A stretch of DNA of 64,000 nt from Azolla caroliniana (GCA_043228905.1 JBHGNT010000007.1:11532001-11596000), one strand, 5' to 3'; shown: positions 1 to 13,705, counted from the first letter of the stretch. The notes: generated from the sequence alone by a model not told the origin. Numbers and translations: made by a program.

Positions 1-1742
1 CGCATATAGTCGTCGATGAAGGAGACGAAATATCGACTCCCGCCAAGACTAACATTCTATGCCTGATGAAGGTCGAGCTTGTTACGGCTCCGGTTACGTT
101 CGTTGGGGAATGGAAGCCGGTGTTGCTTCCCGAGTTGACAGGCTTCACATACTTGGGCCTTCCGGCTGCTGAACTTCGGCAAACCGAAAACAACTTGTTT
201 CGCTTGCAGGTCTTGAAGCCTCCGGTAATTGACGTGGCCTATCTGCTTGTGCCATAGGTTGATGTCTGATTCGACATTCTGTCCATTTGCAAACAGAGCG
301 GTGCCGACATCATTGGTGCCGAGGATAAACATCCTCTCGTCTCTGCGCCCTTGCGCAATAATCTGGCCCTCTTCCTCGATGAAGCACCCGAGGTGCGTAA
401 ACCGCACCTGCATCCCTTGGTCAACGATCTATCTGACTGACACCAGGTTCTTCGTGATTGTCAGAATATGTAATACGTTCATCAGCTTCCCCTTCTGTCT
501 GACGTGGCTCAAAGGGACTTCTCTGACGTGCACGATTGGGTGAGGAGTGTCGTCTCCGGTTTCGACTACTCCTAGTTGATCCGGTTTTTCCAAAAAGGAG
601 AACCACTCTTTGTGGCTCGTCATGTGGTTCGACACACCGGAATCAACATACCACACTTTCTCCGATTTGAAAGTGGTCTTCTTCATCGAGTTCGCCTCGT
701 GCTTCATCACCAAGGCTGGCCCGTTACTGTTCTTGGATACTCCTGATCCCTTCACGTAGTGCGAGCTTTGCTGGCCATCCTTGCCGGCCTTGCCGGATCC
801 GGATTTGTCCGAATCGGCGCGTTTTCTCCAACACTCGCTTTCTCTGTGGCCCTTTTTGCCACAGTACCAGCATTCCGTTGCAGTCTTCTCTTGCCATCTT
901 CCGATGCCACCATGACTCCCCCTACTCCCGGAGGGTCTGGAACTGTTGTCAGCACGTTCTCTGAGCCTTTGTTCCTGGTCTTGCTGGCCGCCTCCATTGC
1001 GTGCCGACCCGCCTCGTCCACCACGCCCACGGGACCGATCCGCTTCCGTGTACAGCATCCGGTTGTCAATGGGTGCGCTAGTTGACACACCGGCGTGGTT
1101 CTCCTCTACAAGGAGCATCGACTATAAGTCGAAAAACGACGGCGTATTCTCCCTTGTACATACCGCCATTCGGAACGCTCTGAACTTAGACGCCAGGCCC
1201 CCAAGACAGACCTGTACCATCTCGTCTTCCTCTACGGTAACGTTGATAGAGGCAAGCGAGTCACATATCTCTTTGATCCGGGCCGTGTAATCTGCCACCG
1301 ACATGTCCTTCTGTTGGACATTGCTCAACTACTGTCGGAGTTGCAACTTCCGGGATGTAGTACTCGTGGCGAAAACCTTCTTCAGGTTTCCCCAAGCCTC
1401 CTTCGGCGTCTTGGCGTCTTGGATGTGGCTCAGCAGTTGGTCTCCGACACTGGACGCGTAGCAGTACATCACTCTGCTTGCCGATTGTTCCCACACTGGG
1501 AAATCCTTATGTGTTGCATCAGGTGCTATTTCGTTGGCTCCTTCGACGAAACTCTAGTAGCCATGCCCAAGCAGGTACTGGTGCATCTTGTACAACCAAG
1601 ATGCGTAGTTGGATCTGTCGAGTTTCTCCACAAGGAGTGAGCTAGCCATTCCTCTATCCATCACTTCTCTGTCTGTTGTTCTTACGACCTGTTAGGGTTT
1701 GCTTTCAAGCGTTTGTCGGCTACAGAGGTTCTCAACCCTCGC

Positions 1743-1754
1743 GCTCTGATACCA
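1743..1754 (-). promoter_or_regulatory. Primer-binding site, tRNA-iMet type (element A)
   Basis: gctctgatacca is the reverse complement of TGGTATCAGAGC and abuts the LTR. Confidence 0.92.
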
Positions 1755-2173
1755 TGAAAATGATTACTTGTGGAAGCGTTAGAAAACAGAGGAAGCAGAG
1801 AATACACAAAGTACACAGGAGAGACAGAGAGAGCAGAACGTAAACACTATATTCAAAAAAACAATTAAAACATTCTCTCTACTTACAACTGTGCTCAGTA
1901 GCACTATTCATACAAGTCCTCGTGGGACTAACAGAAGTACCGCGTACTTCAATGCTCACACGAGTATCTGACAATTACTACGAGACTATAACTACCTAGT
2001 AGTCTAAACTAATACTAGGCTTCCGGTTACCGATTGGATCCGACTAACCGGCTCCCCAGCTCACTGGCTCTGTTGCTTGCCGGCTTGGTTGCTCACCGGC
2101 TTACCGATCCGTCTCGCTCATTGGCTCAGGCTTATCCAGCCTATCCGGCTCTAGTTGAGCTTGCAGCTCAACA
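1755..2173 (-). repeat. 5' LTR of copia A
   Basis: Minus strand reads TGTTGAGCTGCAAGCTCAAC...TTTTCA; same 5' motif as the LTRs at 9836, 26638 and 37621. Confidence 0.8.
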
Positions 2174-2850
2174 ATTTTGATATAAGAAAGCATGATCAAT
2201 ATAATTATTTTGTCATTGGTGGATCGCATTCAGCAGAGGCACGTCGGCAACTTGTGAGAGAACATCCAACAACTTTCTTCTTCAAGTATGTCGAGTGCAA
2301 AATTTACGTGGGTCTCACAACTAAAGAAGCAAAGCTGTTGGCATGGGACCACAATAATGATAATGACTATAGGTAGAAAATGTCATCAATTGAGCGTATA
2401 CGGTTTTTCCATCATGAGTATTTGGACGTCAAACAAAAGTTTGGTGTGAAGCTACATCCAGGCCTACGACGTCAATGCTTGCATGAAGTTGGCATTGTGG
2501 TAGATGATAATGTTAAGTCCAATGGTCTTCGAAAGTATGAGTCTTGGTTTCAATTGGCCTTTAGAGATGGAGAAGTATGGGAGCTATAGGATCAAATCAT
2601 CTCAATGTGGGAGAATAAGGAGGTCAAGGGTCAACGACAAAAAAAATGTAAGGTTGGCCCTCAACTAGAATTAAAGTCACAAGCGGCCAAGAAAATTGAC
2701 TTGACAATTGAAGAAGCGGCTGACGACATGAAGTTGTCTCTGTGGAGAGCGATGCAGGGTATTAAGGACGAGCAGCTTCTTGTGTCTGTTTTGTCAAGGG
2801 TTGTGGCCAAAGATTTAAGCCTTGAAGAAATGGTCACTGAGTTCAATAAG
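2174..2850 (+). pseudogene. Interrupted gene fragment with a ParB/sulfiredoxin-like motif (YFVIGGSHSAEARRQL)
   Basis: ORFs 2155-2376, 2380-2589 and 2605-2853 share one frame, separated by single TAG stops; 5' end cut by copia A; possible intron GT at 2850 and AG at about 2925. Domain call is motif resemblance only. Confidence 0.5.
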
Positions 2851-4936
2851 TAATTCTTTCAAATACTGATATTGAAGTCTATATGGTGCAATTCAAAGTT
2901 CTAATCTTGTTTTCTAATTTCACAGTCATAAGAGACTTCTACATAGGATGATGAAGAAAATGACATTGATGAATTGATTGCTATGTAATAGACTCTATGA
3001 AGAAAATGACATTGACGATATGTTTGGATTTCACATTATTAATACAAATTTTGGGTTTTACTTGGTGGATTCTATTCTTTATAATCTTCTATATGTTTCA
3101 ATTTTATTTTTATATGCTTGGTTAGTAGACTTATGACATTGGTTTCACTGCGTGCATAGCTAACTACCAAATTTATGGAGACACATGAATTAGTTTAAAT
3201 TAAGGCTGATTTTGGTCCAAGTTTACCTTAACATAACATGGTCGTAGAATTGTTTCCATGACTGTCCATGTTGCTATTATGGATCTTTGTCTTCTGTTGT
3301 TAAAACTATTATGTTTCTATTCCATTGTTGCTTAGATTGTGTAGTGTGTTGTTAATGGTTCCACTAGCGTTATCCGCATGTTTTTATACGCTTGTAGTTC
3401 CACTAGTGTTATCGTTCGGAATTTGATCCTGTGTGAATCACCTAATCAATAGAGCAGATCAATTTTTAATACAAGTATGAAAGCCTTAATAGGTTTGTTA
3501 TTTCCACCACATTATCCTAAAGTTCACTGTCTTACATTGTCCACAATTATATACATATGGTTTGATCCCATACGAACAAACTAAGGAAAGATTAGATCAA
3601 CTTTAAATACAAGTATTGAATACTTTAATAAGTTAGTTATTCCAATCACATTATCCTAAAGTGCACTATCCTACATTGTCCACAATTATATACATGCACA
3701 TATGGGTCAAAGTATAAATTATAACTCATTTTATTAGTATGGATACAAGTACACCTCATATTTTTGTAAAACTTACCAAATTAATATAAGTCTTTAACTT
3801 ATTGTTTCCCATGTCGCACATTAGTGACATATTAAGCCATTGTTGAACTTTTTTATGCCTACATTAACTTATCAACACGTCCAAACTTGCATGATTTCTA
3901 ATTATCTCCACTTGTAGACCTATCTTGTATTTTTATATTTGCAAATTCTAATCAAGTTGTGGAACATGTGATACTAGCACATCCAATTTTTGTAGAGAGG
4001 GTAGGGTGTATTTGGATAGTTTCAAGAAGAAAGTGGAATGCGCAATGCTTCCACTTGTGAACGCGAACGTGTTTCCAACATCCCTCCCTCATTACATGGA
4101 TATGATGCCACCATGAGATCATTCTTACGAAAGGCATTCATAATGACGTAACCATGTGATGGGCCACGTGGGCCTCCTACGAAAAGAGGGCTCATTTGGC
4201 TTGCCCATTAGGTTGCACTTTGGCGTACGCCATCGTAATTACGAGACTTGAGGTTAGGTAACGTACCAACAAAGTTTGTGGTAAAGGAGGGGGAAATAAG
4301 GACTCTGGACATATATGTTTCTTTTAAAAAAACATATATGGGCAAATGCCTCACATATCTCTTATACGCATTAAATATTAAACATTCAAGAAGAGCAACC
4401 TATTTGGTTGGCTCAAGTGTTTAATGCATTTGTTCTCGAGGTCTCGAGTTCAAATATGATCAAAGGCATAAAAGAATTGTTGATACATATGACTATAACA
4501 CATGTTTAGACTTGAGTTCTAAGTGAACTTCGGGGTCCTCGTAATAGGACTCAAAGAACCGAAACCACATATGTGGGCACCAAAACATAGTTTATTGTTA
4601 ACATTTTTTTCGTGTATAAACTATTAATGACGCGAACATACATGGTTGAGCCTCGGGGAGCTGCCATGAAAAAATTGATATAGAGATCAAGGAAAGACAT
4701 TAATTTGTCAACCCCATGGTTTTTAAAACACCTTTGTGTTACCATAGTAACCGGATCTTCAACCTCATCTCATATGTGTAGAGGGGTATTGACGTGAGAT
4801 CATGATATCGATTAATGTTTTCCCATGATATGTTTACATCACGACATGATGTTATGACTATTTGTCTGACCTTATCCTATTTCTTTGCCATAAATAATTA
4901 TTCAATGAAGGAACTCAAGGAAATCCTCCTGGACAA

Positions 4937-6240
4937 ATGTCCATTGAGATGTATTTTTCACAAATAAGCCAATACCTTAGTTTCAATGCTCAAAAGATGA
5001 CGGAACTTCGGCAATCTCAAAGTGCTCTCGAAGCACGTGTCATTAGTTTACAACGTGAGACTAATAGACCTGATGAGCAACAGGGTGAACCATCATTTGT
5101 CGTTAAGCCATTTACGGGAGAAAAAAAGGAAAGAACCGAAGAAGCAATCTGCACGTGGCTGGGCTGATGGGAGTCTCATTTTGAGCTCTATCCCACGCTA
5201 GATAGTACGAAGATTGCATATGTCAACCAAGAACTGGGGGGTAAGCCCGCCTCCTGGTGGTGTGGGCTCCGTACTTTGGGGAAATTGCCCGATACCTGGA
5301 CAAATTTTGTCACAGTTTTCAAGGGCCAATTTCTGCAACCTCCCTCTCAAACCAAGGCAGCACAAGCTTTAATGAACCTCTCTAGCAGGAAGTTTTTCTC
5401 ACTAGAAGACTATGTTCACCATGCTAGAACCCAAATCCAAAAATCGGGTCTAGAAGGGGAAAACTGGTTAATAGCCTGTTTTGTCAATGGCATCCCCAAT
5501 TCAAACTATCACTAGATAGTGTATGATAAGGATCCAAAATCCTTTGAAAAGGTCGTTGAAATAGTTCTTCGCTATCAACGCACTTCGAAGAAGGACCACA
5601 ACAAACCCAACGAAGCGCCCGGGACTAAGTAGTCGCAATTCGCTGGGAAACGCAAGACACCCAACGAATTCATGGATCGCGATTGTAAGCGACAACATCC
5701 TTTTTGCTTATTTTGCAGAAAGAAGGGTCATACAAAAGAGTAGTATCAAAAGCTCCAATGGAAAGAGCACGACAGCAAAGCTAAAACTGCAGACCATAAT
5801 GGTCAGATTCCTAATGTCCTTCAGGTCTATACACATCATTTAAGTAATTGTCAATGTTCTTTCCCTCACTATGTATTGGCTCCCAATGATTTGATATGTG
5901 CCAACGGGTATATCAATGGATCTCTCGTACAATTTTTGTTTGATTCGGGAAGCTCACACAACTTTGTGAATGATCGTTTGGTTCAGATATGGGGAATCCA
6001 ACCCATCGTAAGTGATCACACCTATACAATGCACTTGGCTGATGGAAGAGTACAATACATCAACGGGGCGATTCATTCATTAAGAATTTCTATTAATACT
6101 TATATAGAGGAAGTAGACTTCCATGTAATGAATCTTTGTACCACTAATGTAATATTGGGTTGTCCTTGGTTCTATAATAAAAACACTTCTTTATTTATTG
6201 ATTGGGTTCATCATTCAATAACTTTTGTACTGAACGATTG
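4937..6240 (+). mobile_element. Degenerate Ty3/gypsy gag-protease remnant
   Basis: Retrotransposon gag-like residues (W..HF..Y, PASWW, TWTNF..FK.QF), knuckle remnant CLFCRKKGH, protease LFDSGSSHNFV. Confidence 0.8.
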
Positions 6241-6671
6241 TTTCCTCTCCATCAATATCCGAGTTGTCTTGTTCTACTCTATTTTATTGTGTACTTGATC
6301 CAGACATTCACGTTTACAATATCAATAATGTCTCGGTTCAATTAACATATTTTGAACAACAACTTGATATTGTATTGCCGCTCTATGCTAATAGAGTACT
6401 ATTTTCTCTTATTTCTGTGCATATCTGTGGTTGATCTATTGTGTTCTTTGATTCTCTATGGCGTATTGTAATCGTAAGGGCGTAGGCGTAAGTGCGGTTA
6501 CTAGTGCACTCTCTAAGGAGTTCGGTTGTAGTTGTCTCCCTTATACGCTATTACGATACGGGGAAGTATCCCATTAGGTATTACGATACGACGGTACCAT
6601 TCTTTGCAACGCAGTCACCTTGAGGTCTAGGTTGAAGGAGTGACCATAGACAGTGTTCCTAATTGGTAACA
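6240..6671 (+). repeat. Probable LTR 3'-end fragment that truncates copia B RNase H
   Basis: Copia RTKHIQRRY motif breaks at 6672 against ...GGTAACA; U5-like composition; left boundary uncertain. Confidence 0.4.
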
Positions 6672-9600
6672 GATATCTCCTCTGGATGTGCTTGGTCCGG
6701 GATTGTAGGTTGTGTTCTTCGCAAGGTGGATGGCACTTTGACTCTTGTAGTTGAGCCGTAATTCCTCCTTCTGGATCCCTAGCTCTCCGATGAAGTCCTT
6801 CATCTAGATTATCTCCTTGTGGGCTTCCACAACTGCCATGTACTCCGCTTCCGTTGTCGATAGTGCAACGGACTTCTGTAGCCTTGACTGCCATGATACA
6901 GGTCCCCCTACATAAGCCATGATATATCCGGATGTAGACCGACTAGTATCCGCATCAACCGACATATCCGAATCTATGAATCCGTGAAGTTGGGATTTAC
7001 CGAAGCTGAACCGGAGTCACATACTCGAGGTACCTTTCAAATACCAGAGTATCCACTTAACCGCGTTCCAATGCTCTCTTCCGGGATTGCTCATGAACCC
7101 GCTGACTACTCCGACAACATAAGCAATATCCAGCCTGGTGCACACCATTGCGTACATTAAGCTTCCAACGGCAGAGGCATATGGTATCTTCATCATATCC
7201 AATTTCTCTGCCTTTTTCTTCGAGCTCTGCTTTCTGGAAAACTTGCAATTTGCCGGATGTGTTGATCCCACTAGTTTCGCCTCCGACATGTTGAACCGTT
7301 GAAGCACCTTTGTCATGTACTTTTCTTGTGACAACCACAATAGCTTCTTCGACTGGTCCTGGATGATGTGCATCCCCAAAATTTGTCTTGCCAGACCCAA
7401 GTCTTTCATTGAGAAGTTTCAGTTCAGAGCCTTCTTCAACATTTGGATCTTGACTTGGTCTCGTCCGACGATCAACATATCATCCACATATAGCACAAGT
7501 ATCAAGAAGTCGCCTCTGACAAATTTCTTCACAAACACGCAGTGCTCAACTTGCGTCTTGTGGTACCCTTGGTCAGTCATGAAGGAGTCGAACATCCAAA
7601 CCAATGTCGGGGAGCTTGCTTCAATCTATACAAGCTCTTCTTCAGCCGGCACACCAGGTGCTCCTTCCCTTTCTTCTCAAAACCTTCCGTTGATGCATGT
7701 AGATTTCTTCTCCGAGGTCGCCATGTAGGAATGTCGTCTTGACGTCCAGTTGCTCTACCTCGAGGTCCATGCTTGCCACTATGCTCAATACCATCCAGAT
7801 GGATGTCATCTTTGCAACCGGGGCAAAGATCTCACCGAAGTCCACACCTTTCTTCTGCTAGAAACCCTTCACTACAATTCGGGACTTGTACCTCGGTGGA
7901 TTTCCGATATCTCCTAGATTCAACTTGTACACCCACTTATTTCGAAGTGCTCTCTTTCCTTTCGGCAACTCCGTCACTTCGTATGTGTGGTTCTCATGCA
8001 GAGAATCCATCTCTTCCTGCATGGCACTTAACCACTTGTGGTTGTGGGCGTCTTTCTTTTCTTCTTCGAAGCTTTCCAGGTTAGCAATACGTGCTTTGCA
8101 TCAGAAATCTCCAGGGGTCTCTTCTCTCTCTGAGAGGGTATCTTCGTCCTTGGTTTCTGACTACCGGTTCCTGCATTTGTTCCTCATCCTCATCCGATTT
8201 GAGATCTTGTCTGGTTCCAATGTCTTCTTTTTCTTCTTCTTCTTCTTCTTCTTCTTCTTCGGTCAGTTCAGTTTCTTGTCCGAATCCGGCCGGTACGTCG
8301 AGTGTCATCCGGTTACCAGCTAACATCCGGGTTTCAACTGGGTAAGTCCTTGTGCCCTGAAGCCAGTTTCATTGGATGATCCGGAGTTCATCACCTTCTT
8401 CTCCGACTTCCAGTCGGCAATGGTCCTGTCTTCCATGAAGACTATGTCCTGACCCTAGAACACCTTCTTGTCTACCAGATTCCACACCCGATAACCAAAC
8501 TCATCATCGCCGTATCCAAGGAATATGCATGGTTGGGTCTTTGGATCCAACTTTTCTCTCTTGTCATTTGCAACATGCACATATGCAAGACAACCAAACA
8601 CCTTCAAATGTCGGTAAGATACATCTTTACCAATCCATACTTTTTACGGTGAGTCTCCTTCCAAGGGTGCTTAGCGTGATCTATTTATCACATAGGTCGT
8701 CATTATCAGCGCCTCAGCCCAAAACTTCTTGGGTAACTTGGCATGTGCTAGCATGCTTCGGACTGTCTCCATTATGGTCTGGTTCATCTGTTCAGTTAGC
8801 CCGTTCAATTCTGACATCTTCAGCACGGTAAATTCGAGCCGGATTCCCTTCGACTGGCAATACTCCTCGAACTGCCCCCGGTATTCTCTTCCATTATCTG
8901 TTCGAACCGCCTTCAACTTCTGGCCGGTTTCTCTTTCCACTCTCGCATGGAGCTCCTTGAATATGGACATCACCTGATCCTTTGTCTTCAATGGTGAGAC
9001 CCACAGCTTCTGGCTGTGGTCATCTACTTGACACGAAGTACTACAATCCGGCATTTGACTTCGTGTCCACTTGATACACATCATTATGCACCAGCTCTAG
9101 TGGTGCATTCTATCTCATCGGTGGTCTTGACCGGAAGGAGGTTCGGTTTTGCTTGTTGGCCAAGCAATCGGTGCACTTCTCAAGTTGCATGTCCTTCACC
9201 GGAATGAGATTGTCTTCGGCAAGTCTCTTCATCCCTTTCTGAGTCATGTGACATAGCTCATCGGTAGTGTCGGATGCTACGTTCACTTCTTCCTGGCATA
9301 TCCGGGCATGCATCAGGTACAATGTGTTGATCTTCCGGGTTCGAGTCACGATCAGGCTTCCTTTGCTGAATTTCATGACTCCGTTCCGGATGCTACACAT
9401 GTAGCCTTCATCATCTAGCCGAACAACTGATATCAGGTTCAACCGAACCTTCGTAACGTGTCAGACTTCTTTTAGCAGCAATCTGCATCTGGTTGATGTC
9501 GTCAACCACACATCTCCTATGCCGACAATTCGGCATGCGCCTTCATTCCCCATCCGAACACAATCGTGATCTCTGGCTATGTAGGATGAGAAGCATTGCA

Positions 9601-9835
9601 TGTCCGATGTCAAATGGAACGATGCTTCGAAATTGACAACCCACGTTGTCTCGTCGCCAACAAGGTTTAACTCATTCTCCTCGGTGATGAGAAGTAGTTC
9701 TTCTTCACTTGTCGCGATTGCCAACATTCCTTTCTGATCCGAGCCTTTTCGGTCAGAACCGTTCCTGTCCAAACCCTTCCTCAAATCGGCATTGTCAATT
9801 CCTTTCTCTTTCCGGAAATGCTAATAGTTCTTCTG
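6672..9835 (-). mobile_element. Ty1/copia element B, pol part (PR, INT, RT, RNase H), degenerate
   Basis: RTDNGREY integrase, YVDDML RT, PYASAVGSLMY and STTEAEY motifs; zinc knuckle continues at 27044 across insertion C. Confidence 0.92.
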
Positions 9836-10233
9836 TGTTGAGATACAAGCTCGACATTAGGTGCGTAAGTGGGTGCGTAATCCAGTGTGTGGACTGGGTG
9901 CATAAACCCGTATGTACAACATGGTCGTATCGGTGCATAAACCGAGAGGCTGTTTAAATGTTATTCCTCGTAAGGAATAATTTTGGAAGTGTAGGATGCT
10001 CATTTATGAGTGGTCAAGTACTGACAGTATTTGTGTCAGCCCAATAGTCAGGGCTTGTATAAAAGGCGTTTACTGAGCACGAAGTATGTACAGAGAACAT
10101 ACAGAGAATTATTTTGAATATAGTTTCGTTTCTGCTCTCTCTCTATGGTTTCTATATTTTACCGAACTATCATACTTCCGAATTGTGTACTCTGTGTCTT
10201 ACGCATATGCTTCCGCACACTTATTCTTTTACA
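9836..10233 (+). repeat. 5' LTR of copia C
   Basis: TGTTG...TTTACA; direct repeat of 26638-27043. Confidence 0.92.
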
Positions 10234-10245
10234 TGGTATCAGAGC
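10234..10245 (+). promoter_or_regulatory. PBS, tRNA-iMet (element C)
   Basis: TGGTATCAGAGC directly after the LTR. Confidence 0.95.
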
Positions 10246-11352
10246 ACAAGTGTTGAGACTCCTCTGCAACCGACAGAAAAGCTTGCAATAAAGATAGAGT
10301 TAAGTTATTGTTTTCGGAAAGGATAAGACAACAATATGGACAGAGGAATGGGAAGCTCACTTCCGACTATGAAGCTCGATAGGAGCAACTACACATCTTG
10401 GTCATACAAGATGCACTAGTACTTGCTTGGTCATGGTTACTGGAGTTATGTCGAAGGAGCTAATGATACAACACCCGAATCGACACACAGAGATTTTTCA
10501 GCTTGGGAACAAGCGGCAAGCAGAGTTCTTTACTGCTTCGCGTCCTATGTGAACAACCAGCTCTTGAGCTACATTCGGGCAATTCTTGAAGAGAAGCATA
10601 TGCTGAAGTTTTACTAGACTGAAGTCGTAAGGATGGTTGTTTACTTGTAGAATCAGACTTTTGCTAATGGAGGAGTGTCGCCACATGAGTTGTATTTCGA
10701 GAAGAAGTTGAACCTGACACACTTGAGGATTTTCGACAGCATTGCGTATGTGCATGTGCCTAAGGAGAAGAGGAGGAAGTTGGACGCCAAAGCCGAGAAG
10801 TGTATCTTGGTCGACTATTCAAACGAGCAGAAGGGGTATAAGTGTTATAACCCCGAACAAAGGAAGTTCGCATAAGCCGAGATGTCGTGTTGGACGAGTC
10901 CGCTTTGTGGTACTTGCCTTCACCTCCAATACTTCAAGACTCCATTCCGAATTCTGAAGAAGAGGTCAGCGAGGCCGTGTGATGAGGAAATCGGAGCTCT
11001 GGTAGAGAGTCCCATCTCATCCCGGCTAAGTGGGCCGAATGAGGGGTTGAGCCGAGATGGCCAACCAAATGAAGAGTCAGCGAGTAGTGGAGACTTGGTT
11101 GTGTTGTCCCTGCATAAAGAAAAGAGGAGACGGTTTACACGTAAAGAAAAAGGGAAGAAGAAAATGTCGGAATACAATTTCGGCAGTGCCGAGTCAGATC
11201 GGAGCGAATCTTACTTCGGGCCATTCGAGAAGGAACCTCCGCGGAAGAGGTTGAAATCGGCCAAAAAGGTCGTGAAATCAGGTAATCATGAATTACACCA
11301 ATCTACCCGCCTGAAGAACCCCGTAAAAAGATACGAGTACAATGAATACATG

Positions 11353-11696
11353 TGTTACCCGTAAGAATATACGAGGAGGCATAAGGGTATGTGTAATGAT
11401 GTGGTTGATGTGTATGTGTAAAGTAAATGAGTGTGTTAGGATGAGTATGTGTATGGACATATGCACAATTATGTGCATGTGTACAAGAATGTGTAACGGT
11501 CTTATTTATAACGGTCATGTAACTGTTACATTGGATGTATTATATAAACCCCCTATGGGATATGTAATGGGATAACCTTTTTCCCCTCTCACATTGTGTC
11601 ATTTTCTATTTCTCTCTCTCTCTAGCTCTCTCACTATCGTAACCCCCTTGGGAGGGGGGTGAAGCCATTCTAGGCTTCACCCCCTACCCAACAACA
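11353..11696 (+). repeat. 5' LTR of the dual-PBS element
   Basis: TGTTACC...CAACAACA; TATATAAA at about 11541; terminal hairpin. Confidence 0.92.
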
Positions 11697-11700
11697 CTTT

Positions 11701-11710
11701 TGGCACGCCC
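11701..11710 (+). promoter_or_regulatory. PBS-like site, tRNA-Arg(UCU) type
   Basis: TGGCACGCCC 4 nt after the 5' LTR. Confidence 0.75.
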
Positions 11711-11983
11711 TGGACGACCCTCCTTTGAGAGGAAGTCACTCCCTCCATCACTGCGTCTCGTCCCTCCTTTGAGAGGAAGTCACTCCCTCCATCACTGCGT
11801 CTCTGTGTTTTTGAATATGTGTGTGTCTCTCTCTCTCCATCTGCCTTGTTCTACTATTTCTTGGTATTTGCAGTCATGGGGAAGGAGAAGATACATATAA
11901 GAGATGTTTCTTTTGGCCATGGCTGATGCGGGAAAGTCCACAACAACTTGCCATGGTAACACTGACAAGCGTGTGATTGAGAG

Positions 11984-12035
<52 letters not shown>

Positions 12036-12225
12036 TGTCTTTCTGTTGTAGGATACACTCTGTTGTAGGATACACTCCCCCTCTCGTTCTTTCCCTCTCC
12101 ATCACTAATCTCTCTTTCTTTCCCTCTCTCCGTGTCTGCCAATCTTTGTGTTAAAAGCGTGTAGTTTTGTACGTGTATTGTCTGTGTGGGAGCCAGCCAG
12201 CAATGGAGATCTCAACACTGCCTAG

Positions 12226-12630
12226 AAGCTTGACAAGCAAAAGAAATGGTTGGAATCATAGTCTCGATATGGAGTATGCCTTGAGGAGATGATTAGAGAC
12301 ACTATGCAACAATGTATAGCATACAAGGAACAAGCAAGAATAAACCAAGATGCATGTATTGCTCTGGTTGCAAGACTTGAGTCTCAAAGAAAGATTTGTG
12401 ATCTAGCTGAGGAGAAGCTGAAGGGACTGACGAAAGAAGCACCCAAAATTGTTGTAGAGAACTAGTTTCAGTTTCTATTACACAACCCTTAGGAGATGGA
12501 GAGATGTCATACTGAAAATCATCAGAGTATGAAGACATGGAACCATGAGTTTCTCGTGAAGAAAGGGAATACTGTCAATGGGATTCTCAAGAAACTCAAA
12601 TTTAGCCAAGAAGAGCTGGTGAGATGAGAG
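12226..12630 (+). pseudogene. Captured, decayed host coiled-coil gene fragment
   Basis: Frame reads KLDKQKKWLES*SRYGVCLEEMIRDTMQQCIAYKEQARINQDACIALVARLESQRKICD...; not a retroelement domain. Confidence 0.55.
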
Positions 12631-13394
12631 GAACGGTATGCTCTGCCACAAGAAAGATCTAGACACAGTCGCCAACAACATATGGTCAGTGCAGCGCATC
12701 CCCGACCACCACATCAGGCACCAAATCCTCTTACTTGGCGAGTCATTACGAGAAGCAGAGGCCAATATCTTGTGAGAGGAGCATTGCAATGAAGGCTCAA
12801 GGTGCTCTTCATAGTGAGCAGATGAGGCAACAACCAATGCAAAGGCAAGAAGAATCTTCCATGGCCAATTGACGAGTGGTGCTGGGGGGACAATTGACGT
12901 CTGTCTAATGGAGCCATTCGGCGGCAATGGAGACAGCCAAACGACCGGCCAGTATAGAGTGGGCCAGTGGGCAGGTAGCCGACAGAGACAGCGGTGGCCA
13001 AACAGAAACAATCGGCGAACGACGAAGAAGCTGACGGTGACAGTGACGGCGAATAGAGACATCTGTTGACAGCAGCCGCCGCCGCCGATGACAGACAAAC
13101 GACAACAGTCGGCGGACGACAACAGAGACAACCCATGGAGAGGACCGGAAGAAGAGGAATATTGCGGATGATGCCGACAGAGACAGTGGCAGAGCTGGCC
13201 GGAATGGCCAACCAACCGATGGTCGGACAGTGACCGCAGCTGCAGCGGTCAGACTTGCCAGAATGGCGGCCAGAGTGGCGGCGAGAGTGGCGGGGATTTG
13301 CCGGACAGTGGCCTACAGCAGCCGAGTAGTGGTCGAACAATGGCAATTGCCCGAACAACGGCTGAGTGGCGGCGACGAATGGCTGAGACCATGG

Positions 13395-13705
13395 CCAAGA
13401 GTGCGGTTGAGACGGGTGGTCGAGAGTACGGCCGAGACGTGGAGGACGACCGAGATGTGCAGCCAAGAGTACGGCCAATATGCGTGGCCGAGAGTACGGC
13501 CAAGAGAGGCACGGCCGAATCGCGTGGCCGAGAAGACGGTCGAGACGCGCAGTCGAGAGTATGGCCGGGACCCGCGGCCAAGAGTACGGCCAAGACGAGA
13601 GGCGCGGTCGAAAATACGGCCGAGATGCACGGCCGAGAGGATGGCCGAGACGCGCGCTCGAGAGTACGACCGAGACGCGTGACCGAGAGAAAGGCCGAGT
13701 GACGG
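13395..13705 (+). repeat. GC-rich degenerate tandem array (core GCGGYCGAGAGTACGGCCGAGAC); second block at about 14100-14340
   Basis: Visible recurrence of gagtacggcc/gcggtcgaga units; generates spurious ORFs on both strands. Confidence 0.85.

Larger units (their letters stand above)
1..2173 (-). mobile_element. Ty1/copia element A, 5' part (LTR, PBS, gag, zinc knuckle, protease, gag-pre-integrase), degenerate, runs off the window start
   Basis: ORFs 429-1118 (CWYCGKKGHRESEC knuckle; WYVDSGVSNHMT protease) and 57-413 (LWHKQIGH...CEAC); in-frame stops in gag. Confidence 0.93.

Noticed and set aside
4405-4460. tRNA/SINE-like box A/B sequence
   Set aside because: No cloverleaf, tail or TSD recognisable
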